Assembly (NCBI GenBank): GCA_002269645.1
Contig: NIVC01000372.1
Coordinates: 1 to 64,000, forward strand
From: Macrostomum lignano
Taxonomy: Eukaryota
Direction: 5' to 3'
Length of the DNA stretch: 64,000 bases
Part shown: in pieces, positions 1 to 9,857 of the stretch
Numbering within the stretch: the stretch's first letter is position 1
Layout of the letters: each line of letters opens with the position of its first letter
Translations under genes and position numbers: made by a program
Notes under the pieces: generated by a model
What the model was told of the DNA's origin: nothing
Databases searched by the model: none
Seen by the model: only the letters and a program-made list of their open reading frames with translations

Positions 1-57
1 TGTTGGCGCGCGGCGCCCTGACCAGCCGGGTTGCGCTTGGCCGGCTACGAGAGTCGC

Positions 58-219
58 TAGGCCGAGCTGGAGGCCGGCCAGCAGGCGCTGTTGAACGGCG
101 GCGACGGTTGTCGGCTGTCCGAGTGGGCCGAGCGCTGCCTGGACAGCATGCGCGAGCGGCACCGGCGTTCCTACGTTAGAAGCGGCGCGCCTGGTCAGTG
201 TTTAGCTGCTGTCTTATGA
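58..219 (+). other. Possible GC-rich coding exon fragment at the window edge (unassigned)
   Basis: After TAG at 58-60 (possible acceptor), frame 1 reads AELEAGQQALLNGGDGCRLSEWAERCLDSMRERHRRSYVRSGAPG..., ending at TGA 217-219. No family recognised. Confidence 0.25.
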
Positions 220-318
220 AATCCATGTTCGTCTACAGATATGGTCTACTTCTAAAACAAGAAAATAATTTAAACACCCCTCAATAATATTAAATAATAA
301 AAAAGAAATCTTTATAAA

Positions 319-461
319 CATGCATGCGCAACCCCCCCCCCCTGATTTACACTGGCCATACGACTTACTTTTTTTTATAAAAAATGCGACTTGGTCCACC
401 TGGTCCACCACAATTTACGGTGGCCGGATCGGCCAGGTTGGCCAGCAGTTGCGCATGTATG
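319..461 (+). mobile_element. Short MITE-like element, family B copy 1 (ends CATGCATGCGCAAC...GTTGCGCATGTATG)
   Basis: Short terminal inverted repeat. Internal sequence is shared with 46266-46478 (+) and 47454-47718 (-). Confidence 0.6.
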
Positions 462-550
462 AATATGAATGCATTGGCGAGATAAGAAGTTTTCAGTTTT
501 TCTGCACTGAATTCCCAATACCTCACCTGCTGGACTTCCGAATTGCAGAT

Positions 551-826
551 GAAGCCAGCAGGTGTTTTCTCCGAGGGGCGCTCACAAGTTTTTTTCAAGA
601 GAAAAAGTTTAAAAAATCATTGGAGAGCTTTTCTAAACGACTGCAGAGATTTGGTTTTTTACATACATAAAACTATGCAGGTTTTTACCATAGACAAATC
701 CGTCCTGCAGAGACAGGAGCAGCTGGAATTTCGCCGCAACTTTGCTTGCTTGCCGGTCTCGGCAGCAGTTAAAAAAACAGCTTGATAAACTTGTGAGCGC
801 AGCTCGACGAAACACCTGCTGGCTTC
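551..826. repeat. ~40-bp imperfect inverted repeat pair (551-591 and 787-826)
   Basis: GAAGCCAGCAGGTGTTTTCTCCGAGGGGCGCTCACAAGTTT versus the reverse complement of AAACTTGTGAGCGCAGCTCGACGAAACACCTGCTGGCTTC. Confidence 0.7.
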
Positions 827-919
827 AGTCCAGCGTCCTTCTGCCTTGGTTGTCCATAGCGCAAGACCCTGGGTCCTGTTTGATGCTTTGGTCTTGAAGG
901 TAACGCCACGCACTGCGCA

Positions 920-3900
920 ATGAAATGCTTCGATGCACCATCTCATCCCAGCTGCACAGAGTCGTCCAGTCACATCAGCCGCCGCCGCGGTCGACAGCGA
1001 CTCCGATTTGAGCAGAGCGCGACCGCCGCTTCAACAGTGGGACGGGGCTGCAAAAAGCCTAACCAAGCTGTCGGAACAAAGGAGAAGAGAGAGGGAGAAG
1101 ACAGAAGCGGAGGTCCCAGTGGCAGTAGCAGCGGCGGTAGCCACGATAACGATTGCCTGGAGGTACCGGGTTCGCGTCCTATCACAGACCAGCTGATGCG
1201 GAACTACAGGCGCAGCCGGATCAACGAGCCTGACTACTGTCTGGCCTGCGGCGGCTCGGCCGCCAGCGACCCGGCTATCCAGCATCCCGTATTCGCTGGC
1301 CAGCTGTGTCAGCCCTGCAGCCGCCGGGTAAATGACGCCCTTGCCGCTGCCGTCATCGGCGTGGGCGCCCGCGCCTGCTCTGTGTGCGCGATGCGCTGCG
1401 GCGTGCAGGCGGCCACTTGCACAGGCTGCAAACGACTGTTCTGCCAGGTATTACCGGCTTCATGGCTTCATCCGCAATCCTCTGATCTTGTCCGCATCCT
1501 CTCTGATCTTGTCCGCATCCTCTCTGATCTTGTCCGCATCCTCTCTGATCTTGTCCGCATCCTCTCTGATCTTGTCCGCATCCTCTCTGATCTTGTCTGC
1601 ATCCTCTCTGATCTTGTCCGCATCCTCTCTGATCTTGTCTGCATCCTCTGATCTTGTCCGCATCCTCTCAGATCTTGTCCGCATCCTCTCTGATCTTGTC
1701 CGCATCCTCTCAGATCTTGCCTACATTATCTGATCTTGTCCGCATCCTCTCTGACTTTGTCCGCATCCTCTCTGATCTTGTCCGCATCCACTCTGATCCT
1801 GTCCGCATCCACTCTGATCCTGTCCGCATCCACTCTGATCCTGTCCGCATCCTCTCTGATCTTGTCCGCATCCTCTCAGATCTTGCCTACATTATCTGAT
1901 CTTGTCCGCATCCTCTCTGATCTTGTCCGCATCCTCTCTGATCTTGTCCGCATCCGCTCTGATCTTGTCCGCATCCGCTCTGATCTTGTCCGTATCCTCT
2001 CTGATCTTGTCCGCATCCACTCTGATCCTGTCCGCATCCTCTCTGATCTTGTCCGCATCCACTCTGATCTTGTCCGTATCCTATCTGATCTTGTCTGCAT
2101 CCTCTCTGATCTTGTCCGCATCCTCTCTGATCTTGTCCGCATCCTCTCTGATCTTGTCCGCATCCACTCTGATCCTGTCCGCATCCTCTCTGATCTTGTC
2201 CGCATCCACTCTGATCCTGTCCGCATCCTCTCTGATCTTGTCTGCATCCTCTCTGATCTTGTCCGCATCCTCTCAGATCTTGCCTACATTATCTGATCTT
2301 GTCCGCATCCTCTCTGATCTTGTCCGCATCCTCTCTGATCTTGTCTGCATCCTCTCTGATCTTGTCTGCATCCTCTCTGATCTTGTCTGCATCCGCTCTG
2401 ATCCTGTCCGCATCCTCTCTGATCTTGTCTGCATCCTATCTGATCTTGTCCACATCCCGATGACTGTCATCAGCCGTATCCGTGTTCCCGCAGGCCTGTC
2501 TCACCCTTCTTGTCGGCCCGGCCGCCTGGGCCCTGGCCACCTACTTGGAGCCTGACGCTACTGACTGGATTTGCTGTCTGTGCATGTCCGCTCCGATGGG
2601 CCTGCTGCGACCCGCTGGTCGGTAAGGACAGATCAGACTTGTTTTGCACTGTGTTTAGTAACAGTTTTGTTATTGCCTGCGTCCTGACAGGCCAGGCTAC
2701 TGACGTCATTCAGTTATGATCCCCCCAATCCTATTTAGTATTGACGTATTGATTCCTCAGGTGGGAATGTTCCCCATCAGTCCTGACACACTGATCTCTC
2801 AGGTGGGAATATTTCCCATCCGTGTTGATATTGATTCCTCAGGTGGGAATATTCCCCATCAGTATTGACATATTGATCCCTCAGGTGGGAATATTCCCCA
2901 TCAGTCTTGACATATTGATCCCTCAGGTGGGAATATTCCCCATCAGTCTTGACATATTGATCCCTCAGGTGGGAATATTTCCCATCCGTGTTGATATATT
3001 GATCCCTCAGGTGGGAATATTTCCCATCCGTGTTGATATATTAATCCCTCAGGTGGGAATATTTCCCATCCGTGTTGATATATTGATCCCTCAGGTGGGA
3101 ATATTCACCATCAGTCTTGACGTCTTGATCCCTCAGGTGGGAATATTCACCATCAGTCTTGACATATTGATCCCTCAGGTGGGAATATTCCCCATCAGTC
3201 TTGACATATTGATCCCTCAGGTGGGAATATTCACCATCCGTGTTGATACACTGATCCCTCAGGTGGGAATATTCCTCATCAGTCTTGACATATTGATCCC
3301 TCAGGTGGGAATTTTTCCCATCCGTGTAGATGTATTGATCCCTCAGGTGGGAATATTCCCCATCAGTCTTGACAAACTCAGATACTTCAGTTCGGACCAC
3401 TGGTTACCGACGGGCTTAAGCCTCAGCCACACCGTGTACCCACCCCCTCAGGCCTCAGCTCGATCGCGAATCTAGCCCAACTCGCCTGCTGCGCGTCCTG
3501 GTGCTGTTCGACCAGCAGGGGCTCAGCTTAAAGCTGCTGCAGGCAGCTGGGCTCACCTTCACTTTGCTGATGGCCTCTAGTCTGTCGGCAAAATCAACAG
3601 CGTCTATCAACAACGACAGCCAAGTTGTCAATCTCGGTGATGTAGAACTGCTGGAAGACGACCGTCTCGGTGCCGCCCTGCCGATTGACCTGCTGCTGGC
3701 GCCGTCTGCGCCCTCGCCCGACGACCTGGGCTTCTTCGAGTTCCACCGCTGCCTGTCGTCGGTGCGCAAGCTGTCGGCCAGCTTGCAGTGCCGTTTCTAC
3801 TGGCTGTACAGGCCCGAATCGGCTGTGCAGGGGGATGCTAAGAAGCGAGTGACCCGGTTTCTGGAATGCGCTCCTATGAACGACAGCGTATGGGCCGAGT

Positions 3901-4208
3901 TGCCAGCGCCAGATAAAAATTCCAGTGTTATTGAGGCACCGGTTGCTACGGGACCAGCTCAGGAGAATTCGTTGGTTGCTAAGGAGAATACGTTAGCTAC
4001 TGAAGAAAAGAAGCCTATTGCTAAGACAAACTCGTCGGTTGCTAAGGACTCGTCGGTTGCTAAGGACTCGTCGGTTGCTAAGGCCTCGCCAGTTGCTAAG
4101 GACAACTCATCTGTTGCCAAGGTGGACACATCGCAGCTCAGCGATGACGATTTCAAACTAGTGAAGATGCTGCGCAGTCTGCACTTAGTTGTAGCCAAAA
4201 ATTCGTGA
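920..4208 (+). CDS. DNMT3-family protein: ADD zinc-finger domain plus degenerate (inactive) C5-methyltransferase fold, DNMT3L-like architecture; 3 exons
   Basis: Exons 920-1447, 2494-2621 and 3452-4208, with GT-AG introns in phases 0 and 2 that join in frame. ADD: CLAC..HPVFAGQLCQPC..CSVC..CTGCKRLFCQ|ACLTLLVGPAAW..WICCLC..GLLRP (DNMT3A: CISC..HPLFVGGMCQNC..FCVECVDLLVGPGAA..WNCYMC..GLLRR). MTase fold: LRVLVLFD, NLGDVE, PIDLL, FFEFHRCL, FYWLY, VTRFLE (DNMT3A: IRVLSLFD, YVGDVR, PFDLV, FFEFYRLL, FFWLF, ISRFLE). The 5' start is uncertain. Confidence 0.85.
1469..2457. repeat. 21-bp minisatellite (CTCTGATCTTGTCCGCATCCT)n filling intron 1 of the DNMT3-like gene
   Basis: Direct tandem repeats between donor 1448 and acceptor 2493. 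Confidence 0.95.
2745..3372. repeat. 42-bp minisatellite filling intron 2 of the DNMT3-like gene
   Basis: Unit ATTGATCCCTCAGGTGGGAATATTCCCCATCAGTCTTGACAT, repeated in tandem. Confidence 0.95.
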
Positions 4209-4687
4209 ACTTAATAATTTGGCAGAGCAAATTCCCCTGCTAGACTACAACGGTTTTATGACTAATATGAAGCATTTTAATCACGGCTTTGTGGTTTTTA
4301 TAACTCAATAAGCCCTTTATTTGTATGGTTTGTTTGCATTTCTGCATTGAGCTTTACTTGAGTTGTCCACTCAAGAAATGCACTCTCGGTGTTACTTTGA
4401 ACTGCAGCTAAATAATTTCTCTGCTATAATGCACCAATGAAGAACTTTCCTGCGTTTCAATTCTCCAAGTTTCTTGAGTTTAAAAGTTACCTGTTATTGG
4501 ATTAGGTGTATTGTAAACTGCATTTCAGTGTGATGCAGCTAACTGGATACACACTTTGTACTTTAAAGCCTGTCTAAGAAATGAAGGTCACACGTTTCTC
4601 AGGATGGCGCGTTCTGGGAAATTTTTAAAGGAACTGTACTCTTCAGTCCACCGATCAGTCCACCTTGACACCTTGAGCTGTTTAGTG

Positions 4688-7600
4688 TCAGAATCCACCG
4701 CAGCAGCTCCTGCTAGGCTCCAGGTGCTGCCAGAACACCTGCTCCAGAGTTGCTGCTTCATCTTGCTGTTGCAGCTTCCGCTGCCGCCGCTGCCGTCGCT
4801 GCCGTCGCCGCTGCTTCTCTCCATCGTCTGCGCACTTTGCCGGCGATTCGACGGGCGCCGTCGCCGAAGATGACGACAAGTTTTGCGTTGAAGTTGATGA
4901 CGACTCTGACAGTCGCGAAAACTTTGCCAAATCGAGCCAAGTCTCGCCGAGGTGCGCCGGCTGCTGGACAAGTGAGCGCGGCGTCCCGTCTTCCTGATCT
5001 TCCGCTGCCAGCCGCACCGCCACCCGCAGCTGCCAGCTGGCTAGCAGGCCCGGGAACTGCACAAATTTGAACGCGTATCGCCAGTTGGGTTGACCTGAAT
5101 TGAACTCAGCTGGCGGAGTCTGGAAGGTGTCGTTGAACTCTTGGTGGCGGCTACCTTGCGGCGGTAGGATCTGCAACAGCGCTTGAACCTGCTGCGGCGG
5201 CTTTTGGTTTGGAGGCAGCTGCAGATTTGCCGCTTGCAGCAGCGCCACAGTCAGGAACCGGTGCCGTCTGTCGTACCGTATGCCCAGCTGGATTTGGCCT
5301 AGGCCCGCATCCGTGCCTGTGGGAAGGGAGCAAAGAGTAGGGGCGGACGGTCATATCACTATGACTGGGATGGGGAGTGAGTGGCAACAACCCAATGACT
5401 GGGAGAGTCTGGAAACACAACCCAATGACTGGGAGAGTCTGGTAATACACCAATGACTGGGAGAGTCTGGAAACACACCCCAATGACTGGGAGAGTCTGG
5501 TAATACACCCCAATGACTGGGAGAGTCTGGAAACATAACCCAATGACTGGGAGAGTCTGGTAATACACCCCAATGACTGGGAGAGTCTGGAAACACCCCA
5601 ATGACTGGGAGAGTCTGGAAACACCCCAATGACTGGGAGAGTCTGGAAACATAACCCAATGACTGGGAGAGTCTGGTAATACACCCCAATGACTGGGAGA
5701 GTCTGGAAACACCCCAATGACTGGGAGAGTCTGGAAACACCCCAATGACTGGGAGAGTCTGGAAACATAACCCAATGACTGGGAGAGTCTGGTAATACAC
5801 CCCAATGACTGGGAGAGTCTGGAAACACCCCAATGACTGGGAGAGTCTGGAAACACACCCCAATGACTGGGAGAGTCTGGTAATACACCCCAATGACTGG
5901 GAGAGTCTGGAAACACAACCCAATGACTGGAAGAGTCTGGTAATACACCAATGACTGGAAAAGTTTGGCAACACCCCAATGACTGGAAGAGTCTGGTAAT
6001 ACACCAATGACTGGGAAAGTTTGGCAACACCCCAATGACTGGGAGAGTTTGGAACTACACCAATGAATGCAGGGAGAGTCTGGAACTACACCAATGAATG
6101 CAGGGAGAGCCTGGCACTACACCAATGAATGCAGGGAGAGTTTGGAACTACACCAATGAATGCAGGGAGAGTCTGGAACTACACCAATGAATGCAGGGAG
6201 AGTCTGGAACTACACCAATGAATGCAGGGAGAGTCTGGAACTACACCAATGAATGCAGGGAGAGTCTGGCACTACATCAATGAATGCAGGGAGAGTCTGG
6301 AACTACACCAATGAATGCAGGGAGAGTCTGGAACTACACCAATGAATGCAGGGAGAGTCTGGAACTACACCAATGAATGCAGGGAGAGTCTGGAACTACA
6401 CCAATGAATGCAGGGAGAGTCTGGCACTACACCAATGAATGCAGGGAGAGTCTGGAACTACACCAATGAATGCAGGGAGAGTCTGGAACTACACCAATGA
6501 ATGCAGGGAGAGTCTGGAACTACACCAATGAATGCAGGGAGAGTCTGGAAACACACCCCAATGACTGGGAGAGTCTGGAAACACACTCCAATGACTGGGA
6601 GAGTCTGGAAACACACCCCAATGACTGGGAGAGTCTGGAAACACACTCCAATGACTGGGAGAGTCTGGAAACACACCCCAATGACTGGGAGAGTCTGGAA
6701 ACACACTCCAATGACTGGGAGAGTCTGGAAACACACCCCAATGACTGGGAGAGTCTGGAAACACACCCCAATGACTGGGAGAGTCTGGAAACACACCCCA
6801 ATGACTGGGAGAGTCTGGAAACACACCCCAATGACTGGGAAAGTCTCTGAGAGAGAAATCTTGACCAACCCAAACTACAGTGGTCTACGCTGACAAGCGT
6901 ACCTTGCTGGCAAGTTTGAGAAGCAAAAAACCTGAGATGATGCAGCATTTGAGGGATATAAATCCGGGAAAAGTGAGCACATCTTGGATTTGGCCAGTTG
7001 TAAACCCTCCGCCTAGCTCTCTGCGCCCTAGCTCTCTGCTCTCTGCGCCTGAGGTATAGCCTGGCACGCTCTATTCATTGTAGTCTCAACCCTATCTTAT
7101 TCATTACTGGTAAATCTATTTTTAGCTGGCTTTGTAGTCTTGAGCAAATACTTGTCTAACAGTCATTGGAGTCTAATATAATTCGTTTCCTTTTCAAAGC
7201 GTGGTCGGATCCTTATTTAAGTCGAATTTTTCGGTCTATCGGAATCAGATGATTTTAAGTATTTTTGTGAATCCAAGTCCTGCAGCAGACTGCAGCTAGC
7301 TATACTTTACACTGCAGCCTTGCATTCTTGCCTTCAATAGCATCGCTCGTCGCAGATCGCTTCACCCAGCTGTCTGTATGTGGCAGCTGCTCTGGCGCTT
7401 TCTGCTCATCCTTCCTCCGCTCCGCATCCTGCCAGCACATGTATGAAGGCCTCCGCGCTGATCGATGCTGCTTAGACTTCTGCCTGCGCTGCTCAGACGG
7501 CAGCTGCTGCAGCACTGTTGAGACCATCCGCATCAGCTTCGGAGCTGACGCTGCCTTCGGTGCGGCCAGCCGCCTGCCCGCTCGGTTTGCCTTATGAGTC

Positions 7601-8029
7601 AGTTTCCTGCATTGCGGTTTGAGGGTTCGGTCTGGATTAGCGGTCTATCTATCGGTCTATCTATCTGTCTGTCTATCTATCTGTCTATCTATCCATATAT
7701 CTGTAAACGCTTAAGTGTCCTCCTTCAGTAGAGCCTTCCACCTTGTTTTAGGTACCGTTAATCAAACCACTAGCAATGTCCCTGTATCAGTCTATCCACT
7801 CCACCAGCAAAAGTCACCTGACTGTCGTTCTTGTACTCTTGGCCTCCTCGCCCAGCCGGTCAAACAGGCGAGCTCGGGTCTTGCGCTTCCTCCGCCAGCA
7901 GCAGACGCAGCCCAGAGCGCACAGCGCCACCAGGCCCAGCGTCGGCAACGAGATGGCCAACGCTAGCGAATGAACCGACGACGGCAGGATTTCGGGTGTT
8001 TTTGCTGAGACTGCTATTGGTCTTGGCAT
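4688..8029 (-). CDS. Synaptotagmin-like protein: N-terminal TM anchor and a single C2 domain
   Basis: Exon 8029-7818 encodes a TM helix, a Cys cluster and a basic stretch (LALAISLPTLGLVALCALGCVCCWRRKRK). It joins in phase 2 to an exon starting at 7606. The last exon, 5316-4688, starts at a CCACAG acceptor and encodes GLGQIQLGIRYDRRHRFLTVALLQAANL...FQTP...LRVAV...LGETWLDL (C2 fold). The middle junctions (about 7300-6900) are unresolved. Confidence 0.65.
5383..6845. repeat. 30/31-bp minisatellite in A-B-A block arrangement (intronic)
   Basis: Unit A CCAATGACTGGGAGAGTCTGGAAACACACC; unit B CCAATGAATGCAGGGAGAGTCTGGAACTACA (about 6058-6545). Confidence 0.95.
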
Positions 8030-8726
8030 CGCTAATCTCTCTAAGCTGTCTTATCCTATGATCCTCTGGTTGCTCTTTTTATTGCACAGTTTGGTTAGCG
8101 CTGATTCTCCTGAGCCCAGCTGTTATTGGCTGCATTCTTATTGCTATTTTTAGCTTTCTTAGCGAGGAGCTCCCGTCGTACTTTCCTCATTACCCATTCG
8201 TTACACGTTACTGCTGGGGTATATAGTAGCATCTCGCGCATTTGTTACCTGCTTAGCTTCGATTTTTAAAGTCACTTTTTAACCGTTTTTTCTACAATAG
8301 TTGCTTTTTGGTATGCAATTTTTAAGCCGAAATTTATTGCATTTATCAAATATCTTTTTTGTAAATCTAAGAAACATGTTACACAATAGAATTTCAACTC
8401 GATCTGTTCAATTCGAGGCCAGCTTTACGTGAGAAGAACATATAAAATATCTAACTAATCTCCGCTTCGATGGAACTGACATTGAATGTCGCTACTAATG
8501 GAAACTACTCAAACTAAGACAGCTCAGTGAGAGAGAGAGAGAGAGAGAGAGAAACACAGTAACCATCAGCCAACCGCTTCAAGCCAGTTCATTTCTTAGA
8601 AAAAACTGGTTTTCCGCTCCCTCGGTTACTTAATGGTGACAATAATTCGAGCCCCAGCCTCCAAGCGACCTGTCCTGGGACCCCTCAATTCAGCGTCCAT
8701 CAATCAATCTTGGCCAGTCCGCCATC

Positions 8727-9857
8727 ATGCGCCGCGAGTCGCAGTTCGCCATCATGCGCATGCGAGGCTACGACAGGCTGGTGATGAAGAACGGCAAGTG
8801 CAACGTCGTCCATAGCAACGTGCGGAAGCGGAAGCGCCGCTACTTTGGCGACATCTTCACCACCCTGGTGGACATGAAGTGGCGCTACTGCCTAGCCGTG
8901 TTCTTCTCCGCCTTCTTCAGCTGCTGGCTGCTCTTCACCTTCTTCTGGTGGGCGCTCAGCTACGGCCATGGAGACTACCTGACCACCCCGCCGCCGGGGT
9001 TCGAGCCCTGCCTACTCAACGTGAACTCCTTCCTGGCCACGCTGCTGTTCTCCATGGAGACGCAGATCACCATCGGCTACGGGTCGCGGTCGCCGTCGGA
9101 CAAGTGCCCGATTGCGGTGCTGCTGGTGACGCTGCAGTCCTACGGCAACCTCATCATCACGACGCTGATGACTGGTGCGGTGCTGGCCAAGCTGACGAAG
9201 TCGAAGAACCGGACAGGCACGCTGCTGTTCAGCAAAAATGCGGCAATCTGCAGCCGCGACGGGCATCTCGTGCTGCTCTGCCGCGTTGGCGACGCTCGCC
9301 ATTCTCACCTCATCGACTGCAGCGTGCGCGGCGTCCTGGTGAAGCGGCGACTCACCGCTGAAGGCGAGACGCTCTTACTGGAGCAGCAGGTCATCAACAT
9401 GGGCCTGGACGGCGGCGATGCCCGCCTCTTCCTCGGTTGGCCGGTGGTTGTCCAGCACAGAATCGACAGCGGCTCGCCATTTTGGAACATGTCCGCCAAG
9501 GACCTCTACGCGGCCGACTTTGAGCTGCTGGTCTTCATGAACGGCGTCGTGATCTCGACGGGCGCCACCACGGAGGCCCGGACCAGCTACCTGCCAACGG
9601 AGATCCGCTGGGGACACCGCTTCGAGGACCTCAGCATCTTGCCAACGGACACAGGCGAATGCGTCATCGACTACGAGGGCTTCCACGACACGGTGACCGT
9701 GCCCGGCTTTCCCCGCTGCTCCGCCCTGGAGCTGGCCAGGACCGGCCTGCTCGACGGCGAGGCTTCCGAACGGGAGGGGGGCTCGAACCACGGACTACCG
9801 GCTGCAGTGGAGTCGGCTGAAATGCAACGCCAGAAAGACGTGTCAATCAAGTTCTGA
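8727..9857 (+). CDS. Inward-rectifier potassium channel (Kir family), intronless
   Basis: RLVMKNGKCNV, YFGDIFTTLVDMKWRY, FLATLLFSMETQITIGYGSR (GYG filter), LLFSKNAAI, HRIDSGSPFW, FELLV, RTSYLPTEIRWGHRF. Confidence 0.95.
   Translation: MRRESQFAIMRMRGYDRLVMKNGKCNVVHSNVRKRKRRYFGDIFTTLVDMKWRYCLAVFFSAFFSCWLLFTFFWWALSYGHGDYLTTPPPGFEPCLLNVNSFLATLLFSMETQITIGYGSRSPSDKCPIAVLLVTLQSYGNLIITTLMTGAVLAKLTKSKNRTGTLLFSKNAAICSRDGHLVLLCRVGDARHSHLIDCSVRGVLVKRRLTAEGETLLLEQQVINMGLDGGDARLFLGWPVVVQHRIDSGSPFWNMSAKDLYAADFELLVFMNGVVISTGATTEARTSYLPTEIRWGHRFEDLSILPTDTGECVIDYEGFHDTVTVPGFPRCSALELARTGLLDGEASEREGGSNHGLPAAVESAEMQRQKDVSIKF

Noticed and set aside
3452-4208. Calling the gene an active DNMT3 or a true DNMT3L ortholog
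   Set aside because: Catalytic PC and ENV motifs are absent, so it is not active; orthology to amniote DNMT3L cannot be shown without a phylogeny, so no symbol is given.
1460-6948. Many repetitive ORFs (ILSDLVR, DILIPQVG, FQTLPVIG etc.)
   Set aside because: All are translations of intronic minisatellites.
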